A stretch of DNA of 45,464 bases from Actinomycetes bacterium (lineage in GTDB: Bacteria > Actinomycetota > UBA4738 > HRBIN12). The DNA lies in contig JANLXF010000222.1 in assembly GCA_031364965.1 (NCBI GenBank), positions 1 through 45,464 on the forward strand. The letters are read 5' to 3'. The first letter of the stretch is position 1, and each line of letters starts with the position of its first letter. A program made the translations under genes and the position numbers. The notes beneath the pieces are model-generated. The model was not told where the DNA came from. It made no database searches and saw only the letters and a program-made list of their open reading frames with translations. Below, one piece after another: positions 1 to 9,124 of this stretch.

Positions 1-675
1 ACGCGCAGCACCACGACCGCCGCGCTGAAGGCGGCTGGTAGGCGAGCCCCTCGACCCGGGACGGTGGACAGCCTTGCGGTCGGCTCGGTCGCGGGACGAG
101 ATCGCGAGGCCCGCGAGGCCGATCACCGCCGCAGCGCTCCACCGGGCGATGATCGCTGGCCAGCCTCCCGGGATGTCGCCCATCGGCAGAGGCCGCCACC
201 GGGGGGCGAACAGCGTTGACATGATCAGCGCGGCGAACAGGGTGGGCGCGACGGCGATCCCACCCAGCCCGCGCGGGGATCGCCGAACGGCGGTTCCCGC
301 GATCCCAAGGGCCAGGCCCACGAGCCCCGCGAACATCGCGCCGAGTGCGACCGCCTCGCTCCGATCTGCCGTTCCGTGCCACGCGAGCAGGGTCGTGTAG
401 AGCAGGACCGTGGGGGGCAGGGCCAGGATCAGACGATGCTGTCGGCGTTGCCAGAGCGACACCGGCGACGGCCCGACGACTTCGAACGCCGGATCGTCGA
501 GCGCGTAGCCGAGCCCGCTCGCGAGGACGACTGCGGCGACCTGCAAAGGGAACGCCGCGCCGTCGTCCAGCCGCGCCGCCACGACCGCGGTCGCCACGAC
601 GTAGGCGGCCACCGGCGGGAGCCACGGCATCGCCCGCGCGGTGGATCCAAGCGCGTCGCGGGTCAGAGCAGACAT
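1..675 (-). CDS. Multi-pass membrane protein, likely ABC permease subunit (3' end runs off the window)
   Basis: ATG at 675 (MSALTRDALGSTARAMPW...) overlaps the end of the upstream gene; frame open to position 1; several hydrophobic segments; last gene of the ECF/ABC operon. Confidence 0.65.
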   Translation of the reverse strand, partial: MSALTRDALGSTARAMPWLPPVAAYVVATAVVAARLDDGAAFPLQVAAVVLASGLGYALDDPAFEVVGPSPVSLWQRRQHRLILALPPTVLLYTTLLAWHGTADRSEAVALGAMFAGLVGLALGIAGTAVRRSPRGLGGIAVAPTLFAALIMSTLFAPRWRPLPMGDIPGGWPAIIARWSAAAVIGLAGLAISSRDRADRKAVHRPGSRGSPTSRLQRGGRGAAR

Positions 676-1460
676 CGCCCCACCGATGGACATGCCCCGT
701 CGACGAGCACGACCGCGGATACCGATATGAGGGTCATCGAGGCAATCGCCGGAACGATTAAGGCCCGCGGCCGGCTCGTCTTCGCGAGCGCGAGCGCAGC
801 GACCGCCGCCGTGAGGCCGGCGAGGTACACCAGGTGCCACATCGCGAGCCCGGTGGAGTTCATCGTCTCCCACGGCACGAGGCTGTGCCACGCGGCCGGT
901 GCTTCGCCCGGCGTCATGAAGAACAGGAACCACGCCACCACAGGCGCGACGAACGGGCTCGGCACCCACGCCGCCAGCGCGATGCCGATCGCGCCGAGCA
1001 ACAGGATCGACACGACGCGCTCGGCGAGGTGGATGAGCTCCACGCTGTCGGGCGCCAGGCCCTTCGCCGCACCGAACGCCGCGAGCGCAACCACGAGCAC
1101 GGCGGCGATACCGGCGGGCCACAGACTGGCGACGAGGAGTCCCGACGTTCTGACCGGCGGCCGCACGGGAAGCGTCGCGTGCTGTTCGACCGTATGCTCG
1201 CGACGGTCGCGGAGCGCCGAGTGGTTCGTGGCCACCATCGTGAGGATGCCGAGCATGAGCACGCCGACCGAGGCCATCCAGCCGTCCTCGTCCCAGGAGA
1301 TGGCCGACCCTGTGACGAGGGCTCGCACGAACGACGCGCATCCCAACAGCGCGAACGCCAGCCCGGTCAGCACGATCGGATGCGAGACCAGTTGCCATCC
1401 TTCGACGCGAGAGAGCGCGGGGACGACCGAGCCCGGAGGCCCGTCGGCCGCGGCGATCAT
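663..1460 (-). CDS. Multi-pass membrane protein, likely ABC-2 type permease
   Basis: Start MIAAADG at 1460 overlaps the ABC ATPase stop (ATGA); about six hydrophobic helices. Confidence 0.75.
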   Translation of the reverse strand: MIAAADGPPGSVVPALSRVEGWQLVSHPIVLTGLAFALLGCASFVRALVTGSAISWDEDGWMASVGVLMLGILTMVATNHSALRDRREHTVEQHATLPVRPPVRTSGLLVASLWPAGIAAVLVVALAAFGAAKGLAPDSVELIHLAERVVSILLLGAIGIALAAWVPSPFVAPVVAWFLFFMTPGEAPAAWHSLVPWETMNSTGLAMWHLVYLAGLTAAVAALALAKTSRPRALIVPAIASMTLISVSAVVLVDGACPSVGRCLL

Positions 1461-2326
1461 GCGGCAACCTCCTGTCCGACGCGCACCTCGCCGACCATGA
1501 GCAGGTAGGCGTCGTCGATCGTGGCTGCCGCCGTCTCGGCATCGGCGGGTGGGTCTCCGATATGCCGGTGGCGGCCGTCGCCCATCCGCCACGAGAGTGT
1601 CGCGCGCGGGTCGGCCGCGTCCGCGATCCACACCCGTCCGTCCGCGGTGGCGGCGAGCGTCCCGGGCGTTCCGTCGAACCGGACGACACCGCCCGCGATC
1701 ACGATCACCCGTTCGCAGAGCGCGGTGATGTCCTCCGTCACGTGGGTCGAGAGCACCACCGTCGGTCGGTTCGGAAGGTTCGAGACGAGCTCCCGGAATC
1801 GGAGGCGCTGCTCCGGGTCGAGTCCCGCGGTGGGCTCGTCTAGCAGGAGCAACTCGGGATCGCGGAGGAGCGCCTGCGCGAACGCGAGTCGCCGCCGCAT
1901 CCCGCCGGAGAGCGCCTTGACCTGGCGGCTGGCAACATCCCCGAGCCCCGCGAGATCGAGTACCCGCCGGACCTCCTCGTGGCGTAACCGGCGATCCGAC
2001 ATCTCCTTCAGGATCGCGACGTAGTCCACGAACTCGAACGCCGTGAACCGCTGGTAGAAGCCCGGCTCCTGCGGCAGGTAGCCCAGTCGCCGGCGGATCT
2101 CCACCCGATCGTCCGCATCGGTCGGATCGCGGTCGAGCAGCCGGACGGTGCCGCCGTCGGGCGCGAGCACCGTGGCGGCGATCCGCATCATCGTGGTCTT
2201 GCCTGCCCCGTTCGGTCCCAGCAGCCCGGTTACACCGGGGCCGATCCCGAGCGACAGGCCGTCCAGCGCGTGGACCCCGCCGAACCGCTTCTCGACGCCG
2301 GTCAGATCCATCGTTGTCTGCATCAT
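1457..2326 (-). CDS. ABC transporter ATP-binding protein
   Basis: Walker A GPNGAGKT, signature LSGGM, Walker B LLLLDEP, H-loop STH; AAGGAGG RBS before ATG at 2326 (or 2323). Confidence 0.95.
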   Translation of the reverse strand: MMQTTMDLTGVEKRFGGVHALDGLSLGIGPGVTGLLGPNGAGKTTMMRIAATVLAPDGGTVRLLDRDPTDADDRVEIRRRLGYLPQEPGFYQRFTAFEFVDYVAILKEMSDRRLRHEEVRRVLDLAGLGDVASRQVKALSGGMRRRLAFAQALLRDPELLLLDEPTAGLDPEQRLRFRELVSNLPNRPTVVLSTHVTEDITALCERVIVIAGGVVRFDGTPGTLAATADGRVWIADAADPRATLSWRMGDGRHRHIGDPPADAETAAATIDDAYLLMVGEVRVGQEVAA

Positions 2327-2337
2327 CCGTGCCTCCT

Positions 2338-3156
2338 TCAGATCCGGGTGGGCCGTTCGACCGCCGTGTGCCGAGCCTGCAAGATCACAGCGGCCGCCGC
2401 GGTCATCGCGGCGAAGGCGAGTTGCGCGCCGGGACCGAACGCTGCGAGTGGCCGGTCCGTCAGTCGGTCGGTGACCACCACGAGGACGAGCCACCCGCAA
2501 CCGACCGTAGCCGCCGCGGTCACGGTGGACAGCCGCGTCGACGTCGCCGCCAGAGTGACCACCGTCAGACCGAGAGCCGGCAGCAGCCATGCGGCCGCCT
2601 CCCACCCCGCGTGCGGCAACGCCGTGGCCGCGATACCGGCGAGGAGCACCGATACGGCGAGCACCGCCGTCGATCTGATCAGCATCAGGGTGAACCCCCC
2701 GGTCGGCGTCGAAAGCTCGAGTTCCCAGGCTGGATCTGCGGGCCGCCCGAACGCGGCGGTGATCCCGGCCAGCGGCACGAGCGGCGCCAGCGCCAGGAAC
2801 GGGAGCGGATCACCGCCGGCCGCGCGCGAGGCGATCACCGCGAAAGCGAGGGTGAGGGCGACGGCGACCACCCACGACCCTCGGAGCATCGGTGTGGTGG
2901 CGAGCAGACGGGCGAGATCGTTCCGCACACCCATCGCCCGCAGCAGCCGTTCGGCCGCGCGCTCCCTGGGACGTTCGATCCCTTCACGGACACCCGCCCA
3001 GATCCGCTCGTGTCGATCCGTGTCAGCACGGATCGAGAGCGCCTCGCGGCACTGCGAACAGGCCAGGACGTGGGCCTCTACCGAGAAGGCCGCGGTCTCG
3101 TCGATCCGGCCGGAGACGTAGGCGTCGATCGTCGGTGCCTGGACGTGCCAGCTCAT
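2338..3156 (-). CDS. zf-HC2 anti-sigma factor with multiple transmembrane helices
   Basis: N-terminal H...HVLACSQC (HxxxCxxC) followed by hydrophobic segments; ATGA overlap with the sigma gene. Confidence 0.85.
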   Translation of the reverse strand: MSWHVQAPTIDAYVSGRIDETAAFSVEAHVLACSQCREALSIRADTDRHERIWAGVREGIERPRERAAERLLRAMGVRNDLARLLATTPMLRGSWVVAVALTLAFAVIASRAAGGDPLPFLALAPLVPLAGITAAFGRPADPAWELELSTPTGGFTLMLIRSTAVLAVSVLLAGIAATALPHAGWEAAAWLLPALGLTVVTLAATSTRLSTVTAAATVGCGWLVLVVVTDRLTDRPLAAFGPGAQLAFAAMTAAAAVILQARHTAVERPTRI

Positions 3157-3689
3157 GCCAGTGCCTCCCGTAGCTCGCGCCGGGCCCGCATGAGCCTGGT
3201 CTTGACGGTGCCTGGAGGGATCCCCAGGAGATGCGCGGCTTCTCGCGTGGTGAGACCGTCCAGGGCGGTGGCTTGGATCACCGCTCGGAGCTCGGGGGAG
3301 AGCCGGCCCATCGCCGACGCGAGATCTCCGTGCTCGATGCCCAGCAGCACGAGCTCCTCGGCCGACGGCTCGAGGTCGGGTCGCTCAGGGAGCTCAGCCG
3401 TCTGACGGCGCGTACGAAGACGGTCGATCAGCCGTCGGATCGCGATCCCCCAGATCCACGCGGCCACCTCGCCTTCGCCCCGGTAGCGCGCCGCGCCGCG
3501 CCACACGGCGAGGAAGGTGTCCTGTACGACCTCCTCCACGATCGCGGGATCGGCGCAGCGCCGAGCGAGCCGGATCGCGAGCCATGTGCCGTGCCGGTCG
3601 TAGAGCGCCCGGAGCGCTGCGGCGTCACCCTCGCGTACCGCGGCGACCATCTCCTGATCCGTCGCGGTCGGACCGCTCACGCCGCTCAT
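3153..3689 (-). CDS. ECF RNA polymerase sigma factor
   Basis: Region 2 EEVVQDTFLAVW / AWIWGIA and region 4 GLTTREAAHLLGIPPGTVKTRLMRAR; start taken at MSGVSG. Confidence 0.93.
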   Translation of the reverse strand: MSGVSGPTATDQEMVAAVREGDAAALRALYDRHGTWLAIRLARRCADPAIVEEVVQDTFLAVWRGAARYRGEGEVAAWIWGIAIRRLIDRLRTRRQTAELPERPDLEPSAEELVLLGIEHGDLASAMGRLSPELRAVIQATALDGLTTREAAHLLGIPPGTVKTRLMRARRELREALA

Positions 3690-3697
3690 ACCCCCTT

Positions 3698-3724
3698 GTC
3701 GCATCTCGATCCCGTAACGGTTCA
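3698..3724 (-). promoter_or_regulatory. Candidate ECF-type autoregulatory promoter TGAACC-N17-CGAC
   Basis: -35 at 3724-3719, -10 at 3701-3698, 8 nt before the sigma ATG. Confidence 0.5.
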
Positions 3725-3785
3725 CGTAGGCGTGAGTCTCTTCCTGTTGGCGAGTGTCGCGCGACCCGGCGGTACGCTGCCTTGC

Positions 3786-4133
3786 ATGTGGCTCAGCCTG
3801 GAGCGCTTCGAGGAGATGATCGCCGAGGCGGTCGACGCACTGCCCGACTGGGTGCACGAGCGCCTCGACAACGTGGAGCTGTTCGTCGAGGACGAACCGC
3901 CGCCTGGTCAGCACCTCCTGGGTCTGTACGAAGGTGTCCCGCTCCTGCGTCGCGCCTCCAACTACACCAACGTGATGCCCGACCGGATCACGCTCTTCAA
4001 GCATCCGATCGAACGCGAAGGTGGGTTCAACGAGGAACGGATCCAGCGGGTCGTCTCGCACACGGTCGCGCACGAGCTCGCGCATCACTTCGGGATCAGC
4101 GACGAGCGTTTGCTCGAGATCGACGCCTACTAG
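3786..4133 (+). CDS. Zincin-like metallopeptidase family protein (DUF1025 type)
   Basis: LLGLYEG, PDRITLF and HELAHHFG (HExxH) motifs; TACGCT 7 nt before ATG. Confidence 0.88.
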   Translation: MWLSLERFEEMIAEAVDALPDWVHERLDNVELFVEDEPPPGQHLLGLYEGVPLLRRASNYTNVMPDRITLFKHPIEREGGFNEERIQRVVSHTVAHELAHHFGISDERLLEIDAY

Positions 4134-4589
4134 ATGGACCAGACGGCAAACGAACGGTTCATGGCGCTCGCCCTCGACGAGGCGCGCCGGTGCCTCGAGT
4201 GGGGCGACGTGCCCGTCGGGTGTGTGATCGTGTGTGCTGACGAGGTCGTGGCCGCGGCCGGGAACGGCCGAGAACGCCACCACGACCCCACCGCGCACGC
4301 CGAGGTACTCGCGCTCCGCGATGCCGCCGCGGCGACCGGCACGTGGCGCCTCGAGGGCTGCACGCTCTACGTCACGCTCGAGCCGTGCGCGATGTGCGCC
4401 GGCGCGATCGTCCTCGCCCGCGTCGAGCGTGTCGTGTTCGGCGCGGCTGACCCGAAAGCGGGGTTCGCCGGCTCGCTCGGAAACCTCCTGCAGGACGAGC
4501 GGTTGAACCACCGGACCGAGCTCGTCGCGGGGGCGCTCGCCGACGAGTGCGGCCATCTCCTGCGGTCGTTTTTCCGCGATCGTCGATGA
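4134..4589 (+). CDS. tadA: tRNA adenosine(34) deaminase
   Basis: DVPVG, HAE, TLEPCAMC, DPKAG and C-terminal FFR motifs; adjacent to tRNA-Ser. Confidence 0.93.
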   Translation: MDQTANERFMALALDEARRCLEWGDVPVGCVIVCADEVVAAAGNGRERHHDPTAHAEVLALRDAAAATGTWRLEGCTLYVTLEPCAMCAGAIVLARVERVVFGAADPKAGFAGSLGNLLQDERLNHRTELVAGALADECGHLLRSFFRDRR

Positions 4590-4648
4590 CCGGTGCGGCT
4601 GCCCACCCCACCTTGGGGCCGGAGACGTCGCCCGCTAGACTCGTCGAC

Positions 4649-4738
4649 GGAGGCGTGCCAGAGCGGCCGAATGGGACCGCCTCGAAAGCGGTTAGGGGCC
4701 TAATCCGTCTCTCGCAGGTTCAAATCCTGCCGCCTCCG
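4649..4738 (+). tRNA. tRNA-Ser(CGA)
   Basis: Acceptor GGAGGCG/CGCCTCC, anticodon arm ACCGC-CT CGA AA-GCGGT, long variable arm, T-loop TTCAAAT, discriminator G; no encoded CCA. Confidence 0.95.
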
Positions 4739-4740
4739 CC

Positions 4741-4798
4741 CGAGGAGCCCGGGACGAGGCGGGTGCGGGTCACCCCCGCGCTCGCCTCGGGGTCCTCG
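4741..4798. terminator. GC-rich hairpin between the convergent tRNA-Ser and cupin genes
   Basis: GAGGCGGGTGCGGG / CCCGCGCTCGCCTC stem (with G-U pairs) inside an outer CGAGGA/TCCTCG pair; no U tract. Confidence 0.55.
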
Positions 4799-4823
4799 TC
4801 GAACCTCCGCCGGCTCCCCCAGC

Positions 4824-5198
4824 TCAGCCCATCGCGGCCATGTTCCTCTCGACGGCCTCGACGGTCCGTGCGAGCTCCTCGGTGGGAGAGAACTCCACGA
4901 CCTCGGTGCCGGCGAACAGCTCGGGCGTGTGGCCCGGCCCGACGTAGTAGGCGTCGCCCGCCGAGAACGTCTCGTCGCCCCCGGCCGTATGGAACGTCAC
5001 CTTGCCCGACATCACGTATCCCCAGTGTGCGCATTGGCACCGGTCATCGGGCAGACCCTTGAACAGGTCACGCAGATCGGCGTCTGCCGTATAGCGCTCG
5101 AACCCCACGGTGTAGTCGGGGCCGAGGGTCCCGAACGCCCCTTCGTAGCCCTCGACCTCGAGCTTGTCCGGGGCCTCGGACTTCGATACGCGCGGCAT
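4824..5198 (-). CDS. Cupin domain protein
   Basis: CQCAHWGYVMSG and GDAYYVGPGH cupin motifs; GGAGG RBS. Confidence 0.85.
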   Translation of the reverse strand: MPRVSKSEAPDKLEVEGYEGAFGTLGPDYTVGFERYTADADLRDLFKGLPDDRCQCAHWGYVMSGKVTFHTAGGDETFSAGDAYYVGPGHTPELFAGTEVVEFSPTEELARTVEAVERNMAAMG

Positions 5199-5394
5199 CG
5201 CTGCCCTCCTTCCTGCGCCGGATGTCCGGCGTCCTTAAACCGGTCGTCTTCGGAGGCGACCGGGGGCCCGGGGGGTCATCCCCGGTCCCAGGCGGCGGGC
5301 AGCTCATCCTTTCTAGCGCATCTCCGCGGGCGAGGGAAGAGCCGACCACGCCGAACATCGCGAGCGCTGAAGTGTTGTGTGGGACCCTTGGCGG

Positions 5395-5949
5395 ATGCAT
5401 CGGCGGACCCTCGTCTTCTCGCTCGCTTGCCTTGTGCCGTTCGCCCTCCAGCTTCCTGCTGCCGCCGCGCGTCCGATCCCCAAGGGCCGGGTCGGGGTCG
5501 GCGACTCGATCATGCTCTCGGCGAAAGCCGAGCTGAACGCCCACGATATCCACGTCCACGCGAAGGTCGGACGGCAGTTCTCCGAAGGCGTCGCGGTCGT
5601 GCAGCGCCTCAAGACCGACGGGATCCTCGCGAAGCGCCTGATCGTGCACCTCGGGACGAACGGCCCGATCGATCCCGCCGACTGCGACACGATCGTCTCG
5701 ATCGCGGGTCCCCTCCGGCGGGTCTTCCTCGTGACGAACAAGGTGCCGCGCACGTGGCAGGACTCCAACAACGACATCCTGAACGCGTGCGCGAGCGCCT
5801 ACGACAACGTGTGGGTGATCCGCTGGTACGCGTACTCGACCGGGCACCCGCATTGGTTCGCCGACGATCGCTACCACCTGTCGGCCGAGGGCCTGCCGAT
5901 CTACGCGGACTTCATCGATTCGCAGGTTCGCAAGATCCTGGCCGGCTGA
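5395..5949 (+). CDS. Secreted SGNH/GDSL hydrolase-like protein (resembles the OatA C-terminal domain)
   Basis: Signal peptide; blocks GDS, VGRQ, LGTNG and DRYH (DxxH). Confidence 0.75.
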   Translation: MHRRTLVFSLACLVPFALQLPAAAARPIPKGRVGVGDSIMLSAKAELNAHDIHVHAKVGRQFSEGVAVVQRLKTDGILAKRLIVHLGTNGPIDPADCDTIVSIAGPLRRVFLVTNKVPRTWQDSNNDILNACASAYDNVWVIRWYAYSTGHPHWFADDRYHLSAEGLPIYADFIDSQVRKILAG

Positions 5950-5980
5950 GCCGCGCGCACGCTTCGCTAGACTCGTCGGC

Positions 5981-6070
5981 GGTGGCCTGCCCGAGCGGCC
6001 GAAGGGACACGCCTGGAAAGCGTGTAGGGGGGCAACTCTCTCGAGGGTTCGAATCCCTCGGCCACCGCCA
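5981..6070 (+). tRNA. tRNA-Ser(GGA)
   Basis: Acceptor GGTGGCC/GGCCACC, anticodon arm CACGC-CT GGA AA-GCGTG, long variable arm, TTCGAAT, G-CCA end. Confidence 0.96.
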
Positions 6071-6073
6071 GAT

Positions 6074-6991
6074 CTAGCGAAGCTCGATCACGTAGTTCGT
6101 GTACGAGCTGACGACTCGCATGCCGACCTTCTCGTAGAGCCCCAGGGCGCCCGTGCGCGAATCCGTGCTGAGCTCCACCGTGCGCTTGCCCCGCTCGCCG
6201 TACACCTGGAAGGCACGGTGCAGCATCGCCCGGGCGATCCCGCGATGGCGATGGGTCGCCTTCGTCGCGACCTGCTGGATCCAGCCATCATCGATCCCGT
6301 AGTCGATCATGAACACCACCCCCACGATCTCGCCGGACGGCTCGTCGACGGCAAGCAGCATGTTCGACGGATCGAAGGACTCGCGCCCGATCGTGAGTCC
6401 CGCCCAGTCCTCGAACGTCGCCGGGTGCCGCCCGTCCCACTCGTTGAACGCATCCTCGATCACCTGGTAGGCCTCGCGGTCGTCCACGCCTGGGTGGAAG
6501 TCCCGGAACGCGAACCCGGGAGGCAGGACGGGCGCCTCGATCCCGTGCTCGAGCGAGATCGAGAGGATCCACGAGGTGTAGGTCTCCCGGTAACCGTGAC
6601 GCAGCAGGAACGTGCGCCGGGTGGTGTCGGTGTCGTGCGCGACCTGGCGGAGGGTCGGCCCTTGGGTCCGCGCGACCTCGTGCAGCCACGGCAGGATCGC
6701 CGTCCCGATGCCGTGTCCACGGTGGTCGGGATGGATGTTCACCTCGCCGCGGCCCTCGAACGCTTCGGCCTCGGCCACCATCGCCTCGCCGTCGAAGACG
6801 CCCATGCTCATCATCGAGAGGTCAGTGCCGGGGCGAGCCCAGTCCACCGCCAGGTCCTCAGGGTCGAGCTCGGCGCGGCCGTGGTCGTGTTCCTCGCACG
6901 CGCGGATCAGTGCGACGACCAGGTCGAGGTCGTCCGTCGTCGCGGGTCGCGCGGTGAGGCCCTCGGGCAGCGTCAGTCGGGGAGCGTCCAT
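6074..6991 (-). CDS. Tandem-domain GNAT acetyltransferase
   Basis: Two acetyl-CoA binding motifs (HPDHRGHGIG, HRHRGIA) and ALGLYEKVGM; start MDAPRL. Confidence 0.85.
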   Translation of the reverse strand: MDAPRLTLPEGLTARPATTDDLDLVVALIRACEEHDHGRAELDPEDLAVDWARPGTDLSMMSMGVFDGEAMVAEAEAFEGRGEVNIHPDHRGHGIGTAILPWLHEVARTQGPTLRQVAHDTDTTRRTFLLRHGYRETYTSWILSISLEHGIEAPVLPPGFAFRDFHPGVDDREAYQVIEDAFNEWDGRHPATFEDWAGLTIGRESFDPSNMLLAVDEPSGEIVGVVFMIDYGIDDGWIQQVATKATHRHRGIARAMLHRAFQVYGERGKRTVELSTDSRTGALGLYEKVGMRVVSSYTNYVIELR

Positions 6992-7680
6992 CCGGGACAA
7001 ACTACCGGAGCGACGGCCCCGGGCAGGGTGTCGATCGTCTCCAGGGCAGATCGCACGTCGTCGAAGTGCTTCCATGGGAGATAGGGAACGCCGTCGGATT
7101 CGCAGATGCCGGGGAGCACGTCCTTCGCGAACACGATGTCGGCGTACAGGGCGGCGTACCGATCGGTCTGGCCTTCGCCGACGAACGCGACCGGCCCGTG
7201 CGCCTCGCGGTACATCGTGACGGCACGCATCTTGCAGGTCCCGCATCCCACGCACTCCGGATGCGGATGACCGAACGTCAGCCCGGCGGGCATCTCCTCG
7301 GTACTCCAGCGCTGCTCGTTCGAAAGCACCCTGAGGTGGCCGAGGCCCGCCGCGTCCAAGATCGCGTCGATGTAGAACCCGAACCCGTCGGAGACCACGG
7401 CGACCGGCACGTCGAGGCTCTCGAGCCACCTGCAGAACGGCGCGAAGGTCGGGTCGATCGGGCAATGGGCCAGCGCGAACGAGAGCATCGTCGCCCGGTC
7501 GGTCCGCAGCGCAGCGTTCTCCTCGATGATGGCTTCGCGCAGCCCGATGTCACCTCGGTCGACGGCAGCTTCCCACGAGCGCCAGGAGGGATCGGCGAAC
7601 TCGTTCAGCAGATGCTCGGCCACGTCGTGCGAACACGCCGTTCCGTCGAAGTCCACGAGTACCGCGCCGACCGGAAGCAT
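6973..7680 (-). CDS. MtnX-like HAD-IB family phosphatase
   Basis: DFDGT motif I, VSDG motif II, CxxCGTCK, FVGEGQTD, VFAKD. Confidence 0.82.
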   Translation of the reverse strand: MLPVGAVLVDFDGTACSHDVAEHLLNEFADPSWRSWEAAVDRGDIGLREAIIEENAALRTDRATMLSFALAHCPIDPTFAPFCRWLESLDVPVAVVSDGFGFYIDAILDAAGLGHLRVLSNEQRWSTEEMPAGLTFGHPHPECVGCGTCKMRAVTMYREAHGPVAFVGEGQTDRYAALYADIVFAKDVLPGICESDGVPYLPWKHFDDVRSALETIDTLPGAVAPVVCPGWTLPD

Positions 7681-7735
7681 CGATGCGACAGGCTACAGGT
7701 ACGCGGCGCCCGATCCTGGCTGTCACACTCGCCCG

Positions 7736-8491
7736 ATGGACGTTGCGGAACGGATCGCGCTCGGCGTGGTGGACGCCGAGCGCAAACGTCGCGAGCGTGT
7801 CGTCGGCGCCGAGGTCCTGGAGTTGGACGGGTACGTGCTCGCGTTCACGAACCAACCGGATCCCGCATTGAACGGGGCCGTCGTCGAACACGAGCCGAAG
7901 GATGCCGCCGGTTCGCTCCGCCTCGCGGAGGGCGAGTCGGCACGCCGCGGCTTCCCGCTCGGTGTGCACCTCCAGGCCGGACGACACGCCGCCGTCGACC
8001 GGGCCGTCCGTAGCCTCGGCCTTTCGATCAAGCTCACGCGTCCGGCGATGGCATGCGACCTGCACGATCTCGCCGATGCCGAGACGCCTGCGGGCGTCGA
8101 GATCCGGCCGGTGGCGACCGACGCCGACGTCGAGGCCCTGGTCGCCGTGGGCGTCGCGTCCTTCGAGGACGACCCCGAGGTCGGCAGGGCCGTCTACGGG
8201 GCTGGGTCGCGCGGCGTCGAAGGCGTGCAGGCGTTCCTCGCCCGGAGCGGCGACGAGCCGGTCGGCATCTCGACCGGCTACCTGGTGCGGGGAGCCGTGA
8301 GCGTGATGGGCGTGGCCGTCATGCCGGAAGCTCGGCGTGCGGGGATCGGGGGGGCGCTCACCTTGCACGCCGCACGAGCTTTCCCCGGTGCGGACCTCGC
8401 GTGGCTCCACCCGTCTCAGATGGCGCGATCGATGTACGAGTCCCTAGGGTTCGACTCGGTCTCGGACTGGGAGGTCTGGGTCCGGACCTGA
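7736..8491 (+). CDS. GNAT family acetyltransferase
   Basis: C-terminal VAVMPEARRAGIG and MYESLGF motifs; start MDVAER. Confidence 0.82.
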   Translation: MDVAERIALGVVDAERKRRERVVGAEVLELDGYVLAFTNQPDPALNGAVVEHEPKDAAGSLRLAEGESARRGFPLGVHLQAGRHAAVDRAVRSLGLSIKLTRPAMACDLHDLADAETPAGVEIRPVATDADVEALVAVGVASFEDDPEVGRAVYGAGSRGVEGVQAFLARSGDEPVGISTGYLVRGAVSVMGVAVMPEARRAGIGGALTLHAARAFPGADLAWLHPSQMARSMYESLGFDSVSDWEVWVRT

Positions 8492-8495
8492 CGGC

Positions 8496-8996
8496 TCAGG
8501 CGGCGGCTCCGTCCACGATGTCGCGTCCGCCGAGCACCGAATCGAGGGTAATCACGACGCGTTTCTGCACGGCGATCTCGATGCAGGCGACGTCGCCCGC
8601 GGTCGGATCGTTCCCTTCGAATAGGGTGATCGTGACGGCGTCGGGCCCTTCGTCGACCTGCACGCGATCGAGCACCGCGCAAGGCTCGATGCCGCTCCAG
8701 AAGTCGATCGTGACCGTTCGGTCGTCGGGGCCGACGACCGCCGTGTCATACGGCCGCGCCCGCACGTTCGCCATGCCGGGCGTGGGCTCCACGATCTGTG
8801 GCCCGGGGAGCGGCTCCGGGCTCAGCCCCGGGTCACCGGGGCACATCGTGTACGAGACGGTGGCCTCGGGACCGGTGCCGTGGATCTGCTCCCCGCAGTC
8901 GTCGCCGGGACCGGCGGCGGCTCCGGCGATCCCTGCGGTCGCCATCGCGGCGATCGCGAGGGACAGCGCGACGATCGCGCGGGTACGGATCTGCAT
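8496..8996 (-). CDS. Secreted hypothetical protein with a small Cys-containing beta-rich domain
   Basis: AGGAGG RBS, signal peptide MQIRTRAIVALSLAIAAM, four Cys in the mature part. Confidence 0.7.
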   Translation of the reverse strand: MQIRTRAIVALSLAIAAMATAGIAGAAAGPGDDCGEQIHGTGPEATVSYTMCPGDPGLSPEPLPGPQIVEPTPGMANVRARPYDTAVVGPDDRTVTIDFWSGIEPCAVLDRVQVDEGPDAVTITLFEGNDPTAGDVACIEIAVQKRVVITLDSVLGGRDIVDGAAA

Positions 8997-9044
8997 GCGA
9001 ACCTCCTGGGGGAGTGGTGGGGCCGCCGGCGCGGCGGACATCCC

Positions 9045-9074
9045 TTGGACGGTGGCCGCCTTTGCCATGGTTCC
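9045..9074 (-). promoter_or_regulatory. Candidate ECF promoter GGAACC-N17-CGTCCAA
   Basis: Matches the element upstream of the sigma gene at 14272-14301. Confidence 0.6.
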
Positions 9075-9124
9075 GGCGATCTCGCGAACGAGGCCCTGTC
9101 CGGCCCCCCGCGTATACTCCCCGC

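Noticed and set aside
4649-4738. Long-variable-arm tRNA as possible tRNA-Sec, given selAB in the window
   Set aside because: Anticodon is CGA, not TCA, and the acceptor stem is a normal 7 bp; it is tRNA-Ser
5216-5289. Three consecutive hairpins in the cupin/SGNH divergent intergenic region as a possible ncRNA
   Set aside because: Short GC-rich stems with no recognisable family motif; cannot be distinguished from background without covariation data
4739-5980. Possible genomic islet integrated at a tRNA-Ser
   Set aside because: No integrase and no duplicated tRNA 3' end; the two tRNAs are distinct isoacceptors
6973-7680. Methionine salvage operon around the MtnX-like gene
   Set aside because: No mtnW, mtnB, mtnD, mtnA or mtnK in the window, so no gene symbol was assigned
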